Below, one piece after another: positions 8,590 through 17,653 of a stretch of DNA of 64,000 bases. The stretch comes from Escherichia phage Ec_Makalu_003. The position numbers were made by a program, and so were the translations under genes. Positions within the stretch are counted from its first letter, which is position 1, and every line of letters starts with the position of its first letter. The stretch is taken from the sequence record MN882349.1; one strand, 5' to 3'. The notes under the pieces are model-generated. The model was not told where the DNA came from and ran no database searches. It was given only the letters and a program-made list of their open reading frames with translations.

Positions 8590-8997
8590 TTAGCGACCAG
8601 ATTCCAGCATACGCAATTCTATTGCATTCTTGATCGCAAAGCCACGAGATTTAACGATATCAAGTGCGCGACCAGCGAAATCCATTACCATCTGGTAATA
8701 TGCAATTTTCGTATCAAGTGGTAAGATCTCGTCGTCTGCTGCCATGACAACTTTCAATTCTGATTTCTCATACTCAGCGCGACACCAGTCATCACTACGG
8801 TTAGTGTAAAAGTCAAGACGATTTTTCATAGCCTTTTTCTTTTTAGCCTCAAGTGCAATCGTCTCTCGCTTCGCCTCGCTGTAAATCCTTAACCACTTTG
8901 AGTATACTACCGGATTATTCAGCGCCTCCCATTGCAACTTAGTCGCATCGATCTTCATGTCAGCTTCTAATTGTTCTTTCAAATCGTTTAGGTCCAT
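8590..8997 (-). CDS. uvsY: UvsY recombination mediator
   Basis: 135 aa alignable along its length to T4 UvsY (KLQWEALNN...VKSRGFAIKN). Confidence 0.9.
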   Translation of the reverse strand: MDLNDLKEQLEADMKIDATKLQWEALNNPVVYSKWLRIYSEAKRETIALEAKKKKAMKNRLDFYTNRSDDWCRAEYEKSELKVVMAADDEILPLDTKIAYYQMVMDFAGRALDIVKSRGFAIKNAIELRMLESGR

Positions 8998-9044
8998 AAT
9001 ATCCCCTTATTCACACTAAGACCTATATCATATCACCCACAAAA

Positions 9045-9431
9045 TCACTTTGCAAGTCTTATGCGTAGTTGTTCAAGATCATCTGGGTTATCTATTACTG
9101 AAAAGTAGATTGATACTATGATTGAGTTATCGTCGTACTGCGGAGTTACTTCTACTGTCAGGTTTCGGACCCGTGGTTCATAGTTTCGGATCGCCTCATT
9201 AATGTTTTTTGATAAGGTATCCACTGTCAGTGGGTTCATGTTCTCAAACAGTGATTTATTGAGATCACATCCAAACAGTGGATCAAATGGACGAGATCCC
9301 TTGCGAGTAGTCACGATCAGTAGAATCGAATCCTTAACCGCTTTAATTCCTATGTTCTTTTTAACGTCGTTATTCCATGACCTGGATATATTGAGATCCA
9401 AATCAGTATACATCTGATTAATAGTTGCCAT
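9045..9431 (-). CDS. 25: baseplate wedge protein gp25
   Basis: TTRKGSRPFDPLFGCDL and FSVIDNPDD match T4 gp25; ATG at 9431 with GAGGT RBS. Confidence 0.9.
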   Translation of the reverse strand: MATINQMYTDLDLNISRSWNNDVKKNIGIKAVKDSILLIVTTRKGSRPFDPLFGCDLNKSLFENMNPLTVDTLSKNINEAIRNYEPRVRNLTVEVTPQYDDNSIIVSIYFSVIDNPDDLEQLRIRLAK

Positions 9432-9439
9432 GTTATACC

Positions 9440-10069
9440 TCAAAGAATTTTAAGGAAACTGGATAGACCTGATAATGAATATACACCAGATTCCCCGCAT
9501 TCGCATTTGATCGGTACTGCCAGCGTGATTTGATTTCTTGTTAGCTCGTCGATCACTTCTTCCACTTTATCCGTGGTAAGCATATCCAGCACGCGGTCAA
9601 AGTCCTGTGCGTTCAGGTCGTCTATATTGAATTGCTGATCGCCGATCACGATATATTCGATACATGCAATTACCATCTGCATAATATCAACATCTTCTGT
9701 AAACTTAGGTTGACGAAACTTGATTTTTACTTGTCCTAAGTCCAGAATATACGGTTCAACTTCTGGTATCTGTGTGCGTGAAACATCAAGAGAATATACT
9801 TTCTCTTTATTACATACACCACACACCCAAGTAGCATCAATTTTCATCTTATTGAGGCTGTGACACCATAAGAGAAGAAAAATATATTCTGCTTCGCATT
9901 TCTCTAGCTCTAATGCATTGATTCCCGTACATTCGTATATAATCTCTATAACAACATCTGACAGCTTGCCAGTCTCTTTTGCTGCTACCAGTTTTTGAAA
10001 TTCGCCGAAGGTGAAAGCACGGGCGTGTATCAACTTTTCGCCTATTTGGATCTTGAAAAAGTATTGCAT
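9440..10069 (-). CDS. 26: baseplate hub protein gp26
   Basis: 209 aa ORF directly upstream of gene 25, divergent from gene 51 as in T4. Confidence 0.7.
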   Translation of the reverse strand: MQYFFKIQIGEKLIHARAFTFGEFQKLVAAKETGKLSDVVIEIIYECTGINALELEKCEAEYIFLLLWCHSLNKMKIDATWVCGVCNKEKVYSLDVSRTQIPEVEPYILDLGQVKIKFRQPKFTEDVDIMQMVIACIEYIVIGDQQFNIDDLNAQDFDRVLDMLTTDKVEEVIDELTRNQITLAVPIKCECGESGVYSLSGLSSFLKIL

Positions 10070-10111
10070 AATAAAACACCCTTTATAAACACATAGAATT
10101 ATTTAGTATTT

Positions 10112-10119
10112 TATAAATA
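10112..10119 (+). promoter_or_regulatory. late promoter TATAAATA for gene 51
   Basis: Exact TATAAATA 21 bp upstream of the ATG at 10140. Confidence 0.65.
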
Positions 10120-10139
10120 CCCGAAAGGGGGATTATACC

Positions 10140-10910
10140 ATGAATATTATCCGAATAAAACTACCGGAAGGTGTACAGCGATTTAAACCTTTCACGGTTA
10201 AAGATTACAGAGATTTCCTTCTGGTGTCAACTGAAATTAAGATGAATCCAGAAGAAGAACAAACTATCCTGGATGAGCTACTAGAAGAAATATACCCAGA
10301 CGTAGACCCTGCATTTCGTGAATATATTTTCCTGAACGTTTTTACTAGCTCAATAGGTAAAACAAAGATACCGCTTTGCTTTACTTGCCCGACTTGCAAC
10401 AAAGAAAGAAAAATGTTGCTCAACTTACAGGTCGAAGCACTAAAACCAATCGTTCTGGAGGCCGCAGGGCTTAAAATAACTTTCCGGTATGTGAAACCAT
10501 CAACCGACTATGCAAAAACGTTTCTAGATGCGATAGAGCGTGTATCTGATGGTGTTAATGATTATCTGTGGACTGAATTGCCGGAAGACGTTCGAGATCA
10601 GGTTATTGATTCAATCTCATTTGCTGAATTTGAAGAAGTTGTTAAGCAGATGCACACGATCAAGATCGAACAAAAGATATCTTGTTGTGAAAGTCATGAC
10701 CTAAAATACATAGGTCTTCTTCCATTATTCAAATTGTTGTTGAATCCAGATGAGTTATTCATCTTTTATCGAATAAACCATCTATTGGCAAAATCAAATT
10801 ATTCTATCAGTGATCTTATGGACATGTTACCCGTCGAGAGAAACATTGCACTGACACTGGTCGAGAAAGACGTAAAAGAGGCAAACAATGCAAAGAACGG
10901 GGTTTCCTAA
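10140..10910 (+). CDS. 51: baseplate hub assembly protein gp51
   Basis: 256 aa ORF at the T4 gene 51 position; shares CxxC-NKE and EYIFL segments with gp26. Confidence 0.7.
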   Translation: MNIIRIKLPEGVQRFKPFTVKDYRDFLLVSTEIKMNPEEEQTILDELLEEIYPDVDPAFREYIFLNVFTSSIGKTKIPLCFTCPTCNKERKMLLNLQVEALKPIVLEAAGLKITFRYVKPSTDYAKTFLDAIERVSDGVNDYLWTELPEDVRDQVIDSISFAEFEEVVKQMHTIKIEQKISCCESHDLKYIGLLPLFKLLLNPDELFIFYRINHLLAKSNYSISDLMDMLPVERNIALTLVEKDVKEANNAKNGVS

Positions 10911-11997
10911 TGTCTCAATAAAACTTTATCAGGATTATGAGGCGTTTCTAAATCATCGCTTTATAGAATTGGGTGCTACCTTTGTTACAATGACTCTGCG
11001 TGATTCGATTCGTGGGGTGAACGAAGGATTGTTGCAATTCTATGATAATAAAGCGATGCATACAAAATTAAACGGGCGGGAGATCATTCAGATTTCGTTA
11101 TCTACTGCCAACACAGATGAAGTGTTCAACCGAATCTATGGGATCTCTCATAGTAATGTAACGCTTGACCAAAAATCTGACAACATTTTAACATTCCAGT
11201 TAAAGAGCTATCACGAAACACTAAACCTTAAATTTTCTCGCGCATTGACAAATAACGCTGTTAATAACGTAACCAGCATGATTGACGCTATCTATAAAGA
11301 AGTTCCTTTATGGAAACCAACCATAAAAGGTGATAACGTGGTTATTCCTCGTTGTCCGTGGGTTAGTACCATAAATGACTATATGGATTTTGTGAGGGCA
11401 TACGGGCAAAGCGTAGAAACCGAGTCTTTCGTGTATTGCTGGGAAGATTTTGATGGTATAACGATCGCTGGACATGATACAATATTAAAAAATGAGCCAA
11501 TACCAGCTATAATCTGTGAGCCTAGACTCATTGGGCAATTTATTGATATGTCGCCTAATCTGATGGTTTTTAATTTCGAGTGGAAGACTAAGAGCAATGC
11601 TAAAGTTAAAAATTCATTTAGCAATGTGACATACACAACTATTGATTTTGTTACTAAGCAGTATAATAAAATTATTGTTGGTAATGGGGATAATATTGCA
11701 CACTTTGCTCATGGTGGCGCTTATGGCGATTTAACTTATAAGAATGCGTTTTTGGAAGGTTCTAAACTTGCCACAATAGAACAATATGATTCATATGCTA
11801 CCGCCGTGTGTCACGGTAATTTTTCGTTGCGCCCCGGTATGGTTATTCGATTCTTTGATGAGAAGCAACAAGCACGCAATGATTTTATTGTTGACGAAGT
11901 GGTGCATGAAATTAGCCGAGAGCAATCATTAACTCACCTGTATATGATCGGTAACAGCGAAGAATTGCAGGAAGTCAAATTTGAAGGTAAGATATAA
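10888..11997 (+). CDS. 27: baseplate hub protein gp27
   Basis: MQRTGFPN...LQFYDNK...SLIGQFI...THLYM alignable to T4 gp27. Confidence 0.9.
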   Translation: MQRTGFPNVSIKLYQDYEAFLNHRFIELGATFVTMTLRDSIRGVNEGLLQFYDNKAMHTKLNGREIIQISLSTANTDEVFNRIYGISHSNVTLDQKSDNILTFQLKSYHETLNLKFSRALTNNAVNNVTSMIDAIYKEVPLWKPTIKGDNVVIPRCPWVSTINDYMDFVRAYGQSVETESFVYCWEDFDGITIAGHDTILKNEPIPAIICEPRLIGQFIDMSPNLMVFNFEWKTKSNAKVKNSFSNVTYTTIDFVTKQYNKIIVGNGDNIAHFAHGGAYGDLTYKNAFLEGSKLATIEQYDSYATAVCHGNFSLRPGMVIRFFDEKQQARNDFIVDEVVHEISREQSLTHLYMIGNSEELQEVKFEGKI

Positions 11998-12515
11998 TGA
12001 CAGAAACTAAACCTATGTTAAAATTTGTTGTTCCTGTAAAAAAATTAGAGATAAACGGGAAACATATCAAGATCCCAAAAATGGGGATTAAGCAACATCG
12101 ATTATTAAAAGATGTTCGTAGCTGTGATGAAACATTAAAGATTCTTCTTGATTCAATCTGTCCTGGGTTAAACGCTGCCGAGTCTGAATTGGTTATGCTT
12201 AACCTTTGTGCGTTTAACGGTAAGTGTCTGGAAGAAAAAGATGGTCTTAAGCTGTCTGATGTGTATATTTGTACAGAGACTGAATTTACTTTAAATGGTA
12301 AAGTCTTTAAATTTAAAAATCCAATGTATACTTCTGACCCCATTATCGATGACGCTGATTTCTTGAGTCATCATTATCACGATCCTAGTGTAGACTTCCA
12401 TGATTTCCCAGCTTTTATTATGGATTGGGCTACAGGATTAAGAAAAACTATTGCGCTGGATACACCGGAAGGTACTATCTATGGTGGAATTAACATATTG
12501 GATCGCCTATCATGA
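11997..12515 (+). CDS. 28: baseplate hub distal subunit gp28
   Basis: 172 aa, ATGA overlap with gene 27 stop, T4 synteny. Confidence 0.75.
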   Translation: MTETKPMLKFVVPVKKLEINGKHIKIPKMGIKQHRLLKDVRSCDETLKILLDSICPGLNAAESELVMLNLCAFNGKCLEEKDGLKLSDVYICTETEFTLNGKVFKFKNPMYTSDPIIDDADFLSHHYHDPSVDFHDFPAFIMDWATGLRKTIALDTPEGTIYGGINILDRLS

Positions 12516-14245
12516 ATGACGCATTAACATCATTTCGCGGGATGCGCAAGGAAGCGGAAGAAAACCCGATTGATAAACTTAACAAATTAGATAAACTTGA
12601 TTCTATTGATAATTTGCAAGCCGCGACCGAATTGGTAGCGGAGACAGTAGAACAAAAATCTAATGAAGTTGTTGGTGCGGTAGAGGATAACACCGCAGCC
12701 AACGAATTGACGGCAGAAAATACACAATCTACCGCTGGCAATACCCAAAAAACTTATGAAGAATTGCAAAAACTCAATAATTTCTCTTCTCAGATGAATG
12801 AGAAATTACGTGGTTTTGGTGTTATGATGGAACGTAGATTTGGTGTTGTCAGTAAAATGGCTAGTGGTATTGGTGCGATTGAAGAAGCACTGAAAAAACC
12901 GGAACAACCGCAAACAATGCCATCACCTCAGCCAGTTTTGCCTACTGTACCTGAACAGCCTAATAATGACAACTATCAAGGTCTTCCAAAGAAAAAACCA
13001 GATGTTGATGACCGAAAGAAAAAGAACGCCACAGATAAGCGTAATGCGGATTCTATGGAAAATCTTCTTAAAGTTGTTCGTGGAGGATTTAAAGAAACCA
13101 TAGGTATCTCTAATAAGGTCTTAGGGATGTTATTTAAGATCACTTTGACCGCTATGGCAGAAGCCGCAAAATGGGGTGCTATTTTGATGGGTATTGTTTT
13201 TGTCATTGATACCCTGATGGTTCATTTCAGATATTGGAGCGATTTATTCGAGACAAAATTCAGTGAATTTATGGATAAGGCCGGAGATTGGGCTGGTCCT
13301 ATTAGCGATATTTTAACTACTGTTCGTCAGGTTAGAGATTATTGGTCTAAAGGAGAATATAAAGAATTAATTAAATCGCTGGTTATGGGTATTGGTGATG
13401 CATTCTATAAAACCTTTATCCAACTTGATCGAATTATCACTACTGGTATTGCTAAAATTCTTCGCATGATCCCTGGTATGGGTGATTATGCCGATAATTT
13501 AGAATACGGTGCTTTAAAGTCTGCTGTTGCTAAAGGCTATAAGCCAAATGACCGAGAACTCGAATTAATGGATAAGATCGAGTCTGAACACGAAGAAGAC
13601 AAATATGGAGAGCGCACAGGATGGACAGGAAAAGCCCGTGATATTGGCGAGGCCATAGGCGAATCTATTAAAGATAAATTTAATGAAGGTCTTGTTAGTC
13701 TGGGCTGGAGAGATCAAAAGGATGTTGACGCAGAGAAACGACAAGAAGAATTAAAACGCGGGGAATACAAGTCTGTTTCTGCTGAACAACGATCTGCTAG
13801 TCGTAAACTTAAAATTAAAAGCGAGGGAGCGATCAATAATATTAATGAAGTTATGGAGAATTTGAGCGGTGACTATGACAAAGAAAGAATGGAAGAGTTG
13901 AAAAAGGATATTGATGTTTACCGTGAGCAAGTTCAAGATCCTACATTAGTTGAAAGTGATCGTTCTCAGTTAGAGCGTCTTATTGAAAAATTTGATGAGA
14001 TGTATGCTGATAAAACTAAGGGTGTGGTTCCAACTAATCCTGTTCCTGCAACTGAAACGGAAACAGCAAAACAAGCGGAACGTACTGAACAAATGCAGAA
14101 ACAAGCTGCAATCCAGCAACAAACGACAAATCAGACCTCAAACGTAAATAATACACAAATTGTAACAAACAATAGAACTATTAAACAGGGTGCACCAACA
14201 ACTAGAATTGATGCCCCCGGTACAATTAATATGGGGAACTTTTAA
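12512..14245 (+). CDS. 29: baseplate hub / tail length determining protein gp29
   Basis: 577 aa, size and position of T4 gp29. Confidence 0.8.
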   Translation: MNDALTSFRGMRKEAEENPIDKLNKLDKLDSIDNLQAATELVAETVEQKSNEVVGAVEDNTAANELTAENTQSTAGNTQKTYEELQKLNNFSSQMNEKLRGFGVMMERRFGVVSKMASGIGAIEEALKKPEQPQTMPSPQPVLPTVPEQPNNDNYQGLPKKKPDVDDRKKKNATDKRNADSMENLLKVVRGGFKETIGISNKVLGMLFKITLTAMAEAAKWGAILMGIVFVIDTLMVHFRYWSDLFETKFSEFMDKAGDWAGPISDILTTVRQVRDYWSKGEYKELIKSLVMGIGDAFYKTFIQLDRIITTGIAKILRMIPGMGDYADNLEYGALKSAVAKGYKPNDRELELMDKIESEHEEDKYGERTGWTGKARDIGEAIGESIKDKFNEGLVSLGWRDQKDVDAEKRQEELKRGEYKSVSAEQRSASRKLKIKSEGAINNINEVMENLSGDYDKERMEELKKDIDVYREQVQDPTLVESDRSQLERLIEKFDEMYADKTKGVVPTNPVPATETETAKQAERTEQMQKQAAIQQQTTNQTSNVNNTQIVTNNRTIKQGAPTTRIDAPGTINMGNF

Positions 14246-15303
14246 TGAAAATTAGTGTTATCAATGATGCCGTTGATAGCTTTAAAGCGGGGGTTAAAAC
14301 CTCCGCTGGTTTTACCTCAAAAAATAAAGGGAAAACATTAACCGCTCAATTCCCCGCTGAACGTGCTAGCGGTAATGATGCTAGCGGTTATTATATCAAC
14401 GACTTATATAATAATGGTCTGTTATTCACTGCATACGATTATACATCTCGTACTACCGGATCGTTGCGTGATTTCAGGAAAAAGAAAAATGTTGCTAGTG
14501 GTTTTGGTGGTAGCGTTAATATCGCTGGTTTTGATTTAAATTTGGGTGGAAGAAATGCTGCATTTGACCGAGAGGCAATTGCTAATATTCTTCTTCCTCG
14601 TAGTCAATCTGACGTTGACGCTGCTAGCCATAAGTTTAATGATGTTGGTGAATCTGTTATTTCTCGCGGTGGTGGTACTTTAGGGGGTGCTCTTTCTAAT
14701 ATGGCATCTACTGCCGTTTTTGGTGGTATCGAAAGTATTACTGGTGGATATCTTGCCGATCACGGTGAACAGATTTATAATACTGCTCGAAGCATGTATG
14801 CTGGTGCTGACGCACGAACTAAAAACTACGTATGGCATCTAACCCCACGTAGTATTGAAGACCTTCGCAATATTCTAATCATATACGAAACGTTTTTAGA
14901 ATTGTCTTATGGTTCTAGTGGTATTTCCAGCACCGCAAAAGAATTAAAAGCGGAAGTTGATGCGTGGTATAAAAATACACTATTGAGAAAATCCACCCCA
15001 GAGGAAGCGAAGAGAAATGATACTCTGTTTGAAGGGATCACCGATTTTCTATCAAACGTAATTACTGTATCTAACCCGACAATATGGATGATCTCTAACT
15101 TCGGCAAGCGTACATCGTTTGAAGGGCGTAGCGATGCATTTGGTCCCGCTCAGATCTCAAGTGTACGTCTGGACAAGTCGCCTGATGGTAAGTTTAATGG
15201 CCTTGCTATTTCTCCTAACTTGCCGAGTACCTTTGTTCTGGAAGTATCATTTAGAGAGATCTTGACACTTTCCCGTGGTACTATATTTGGGAGTGCGGCA
15301 TAA
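14245..15303 (+). CDS. 48: baseplate tail-tube junction protein gp48
   Basis: 352 aa, T4 synteny and size. Confidence 0.8.
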   Translation: MKISVINDAVDSFKAGVKTSAGFTSKNKGKTLTAQFPAERASGNDASGYYINDLYNNGLLFTAYDYTSRTTGSLRDFRKKKNVASGFGGSVNIAGFDLNLGGRNAAFDREAIANILLPRSQSDVDAASHKFNDVGESVISRGGGTLGGALSNMASTAVFGGIESITGGYLADHGEQIYNTARSMYAGADARTKNYVWHLTPRSIEDLRNILIIYETFLELSYGSSGISSTAKELKAEVDAWYKNTLLRKSTPEEAKRNDTLFEGITDFLSNVITVSNPTIWMISNFGKRTSFEGRSDAFGPAQISSVRLDKSPDGKFNGLAISPNLPSTFVLEVSFREILTLSRGTIFGSAA

Positions 15304-16235
15304 TGTTTGATTTAAATGACTTTAACGAACAAGCCGCTAACCTTGACTTTCAGCGATCTAACTTATTCAGCGTGGCATTTGCCACCACTCCAAGTAATAA
15401 GACACAAGCGATCCTAGAAAGTATGGGCGGTGCGGTATATGATATTATACCAAATGCATTAAATGACTATTTCGGGATTACTCGTGGTGATTATACTGAC
15501 GCATTAACAAATCTTGCTGTACAGGGTGTTAGGCGTGCTGTTGATTCATCCGGTGTCAAAAAGTATCTTTTAGGTGCAATGTCATCCCGCGTAGTTCAAT
15601 CTCTTCTGGGGCAATTTGATGTTGGTACATATGCGCTTGACTGGTTCAATATGGCATATAAGACAAGCGGTCTTCTGGTGTATGCTGTTAAGGTTCCAGA
15701 AAACAGATTGAATTATGAAATAGACCGCAACCACAATGCGCCAAACATTCGAATTACGGGACGTGATTTTGATCCGCTTGTATTGAGCTTTAGAATGGAC
15801 TCTAGCGCATCAAACTATAGAGCAATGCAGGATTGGGTTAACTCAGTAGAAGACCCCGTTACAGGGCTTCGTGCGCTTCCTGTTGACGTTGAAGCAGATA
15901 TTCAGGTTAACTTACATAACCGAATGGGAGTTCCTCACACGATCATGATGTTTAATGGTTGTGTTCCTGTTGGTGTGAGTGCACCGGAATTAACCTATGA
16001 AAATAACAACGAAATTACAACATTCGATGTTACTTTTGCGTATAGGACTATGCAAACTGGTGCTGTAGGAGAGCAAGCCGCGCGAGAATGGATTGAGGAT
16101 AAGGCAATAAACGCAATAACAAACACTTTCGGCAACAATTTACTTGATAGTGGGTTATCTGCTGCTGGTAATGCTTTATCGCGTCTAAATGGCGTCGGTG
16201 GGCGTGTGGTGAATACTGTCACTAACTGGTTCTGA
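15303..16235 (+). CDS. 54: baseplate tail-tube initiator gp54
   Basis: 310 aa, T4 synteny and size. Confidence 0.8.
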   Translation: MFDLNDFNEQAANLDFQRSNLFSVAFATTPSNKTQAILESMGGAVYDIIPNALNDYFGITRGDYTDALTNLAVQGVRRAVDSSGVKKYLLGAMSSRVVQSLLGQFDVGTYALDWFNMAYKTSGLLVYAVKVPENRLNYEIDRNHNAPNIRITGRDFDPLVLSFRMDSSASNYRAMQDWVNSVEDPVTGLRALPVDVEADIQVNLHNRMGVPHTIMMFNGCVPVGVSAPELTYENNNEITTFDVTFAYRTMQTGAVGEQAAREWIEDKAINAITNTFGNNLLDSGLSAAGNALSRLNGVGGRVVNTVTNWF

Positions 16236-16243
16236 TAAGCGAA

Positions 16244-16271
16244 AGGCGGGGGACAATCCCCCGCCTTTTTA
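16244..16271 (+). terminator. rho-independent terminator after gene 54
   Basis: AGGCGGGGGA-CAA-TCCCCCGCCT hairpin then T5. Confidence 0.75.
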
Positions 16272-16754
16272 TTTTGCTAAATCATTGCAATATTTTAGTG
16301 CCTTAGTTTGAAACTCTGCGCTGTTAAGTTCTTCATAACGGTCATAATCACCGTTTAATGCTGCCTTTCTTGCTTCTTGTTCTATCTGCATGTCAGACAT
16401 GATAATACAACGATCCCGCGATTTCATCTTCTCAAGTTGTATAGACTCTTCTTGTTGCTTGCGCAATTCTTCTTGATGCTTCTTTTCTTCTCGTGCTTTC
16501 TCTTCCCGCGCTTCTTTGATTGCATCTTTGAACATCTGCGTTTGTGGTGCTAAACCAACTTTAACGCGATCCACGTCTCGACGTTCCATTTTAGAAATAA
16601 AACATGATTCGATCTGGTCATCGCTTGCATATGCTGCTTTACATTCACGAAGCAAGAAAACCGGATCTGATTTAGCATTCATCATAGCTTCCATGTTAGT
16701 ACAACCAGTAAGCATGAATGCAGCCGCAAGACCAATCAGTTTAATCATTTTCAT
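16269..16754 (-). CDS. putative lipoprotein
   Basis: Signal peptide with LTGC lipobox, charged coiled-coil-like body, 161 aa. Confidence 0.65.
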   Translation of the reverse strand: MKMIKLIGLAAAFMLTGCTNMEAMMNAKSDPVFLLRECKAAYASDDQIESCFISKMERRDVDRVKVGLAPQTQMFKDAIKEAREEKAREEKKHQEELRKQQEESIQLEKMKSRDRCIIMSDMQIEQEARKAALNGDYDRYEELNSAEFQTKALKYCNDLAK

Positions 16755-17575
16755 TTAGTCACCTCACCGAAAATTGTAAATTGTCTACGATTCTCATCGC
16801 CGAAAGATTCTACTACGTCGTTTACCTTGATGCAAGTCCCGCGCGGTAAAATTACTTCACATTCGCAAGGATTCCATGCAATAGACCCAACAACAAAACC
16901 TTTATGATCTTTTACGTCAATTACCCATGATACATTACAAGAATGTTGCATCTTTCCGGTCATTGATTCATATCGATTCTCACAATAAAGGCTAGTGCTG
17001 TTTGAAAGCCATCCTCCAAAGATGATCGGTGTCATGCTGGTCGATACAAAGTTTTTAAAGGTAAATTCCTTATCTTCAATAATACGCTCTATTGTCTGAA
17101 TGTCAAGATGTTGACCGCGATAAAGAGTACCGTTTAACTTTTCGGTTTTATCCATGACACAATCCATCAAATCGACAATCTCTGATATCTCATCGGTCAT
17201 GTCTTCTTCCCCTAAGAGAGCACCATTTACCCATTCGTATTGTTCAGACACATAATCGCAGATTGCATTATATTCTGCTGGGGTTATGTTGTTATGTTTG
17301 TAATGTTTGAATACATTATCTCCAAAATCTTCGGAATGTACTTCATACATCACATTAATGATTTTCTTGACAAATCCATAATCTTGCGTTTCTCGCTCAA
17401 GGAAACGGATAACTTTCACGTAATCATCAAAGTTAATATGATCGCTGATCATTTCAGTGATCATGTAACCATTAATCCCCTCAATGCCATATGTTTCGAT
17501 GTAATTATCCATACGTTCCATCATTGATTCGCGTGATTCTTCGGAAAGGCGAAAATCCTGTAATTTCTTGAACAT
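16751..17575 (-). CDS. Alt-like ADP-ribosyltransferase (second, shorter paralog)
   Basis: Shares the catalytic block with the 683-aa Alt: LYRGQ, FKNFVSTS..IFGGW, ECEVILPRG (Arg / STS / ExE-type). Confidence 0.7.
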   Translation of the reverse strand: MFKKLQDFRLSEESRESMMERMDNYIETYGIEGINGYMITEMISDHINFDDYVKVIRFLERETQDYGFVKKIINVMYEVHSEDFGDNVFKHYKHNNITPAEYNAICDYVSEQYEWVNGALLGEEDMTDEISEIVDLMDCVMDKTEKLNGTLYRGQHLDIQTIERIIEDKEFTFKNFVSTSMTPIIFGGWLSNSTSLYCENRYESMTGKMQHSCNVSWVIDVKDHKGFVVGSIAWNPCECEVILPRGTCIKVNDVVESFGDENRRQFTIFGEVTK

Positions 17576-17597
17576 TTTAAATCTCCCATATAACAGA

Positions 17598-17630
17598 AAA
17601 CGGGGCTAGTATAAAACTAGTCCCCGTTTG
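17598..17630 (-). terminator. terminator hairpin downstream of alt
   Basis: ACGGGGACTAGT...ACTAGCCCCGT hairpin then U-run on minus strand. Confidence 0.55.
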
Positions 17631-17653
17631 AGTCAACCATTATTTCTTAAAAA

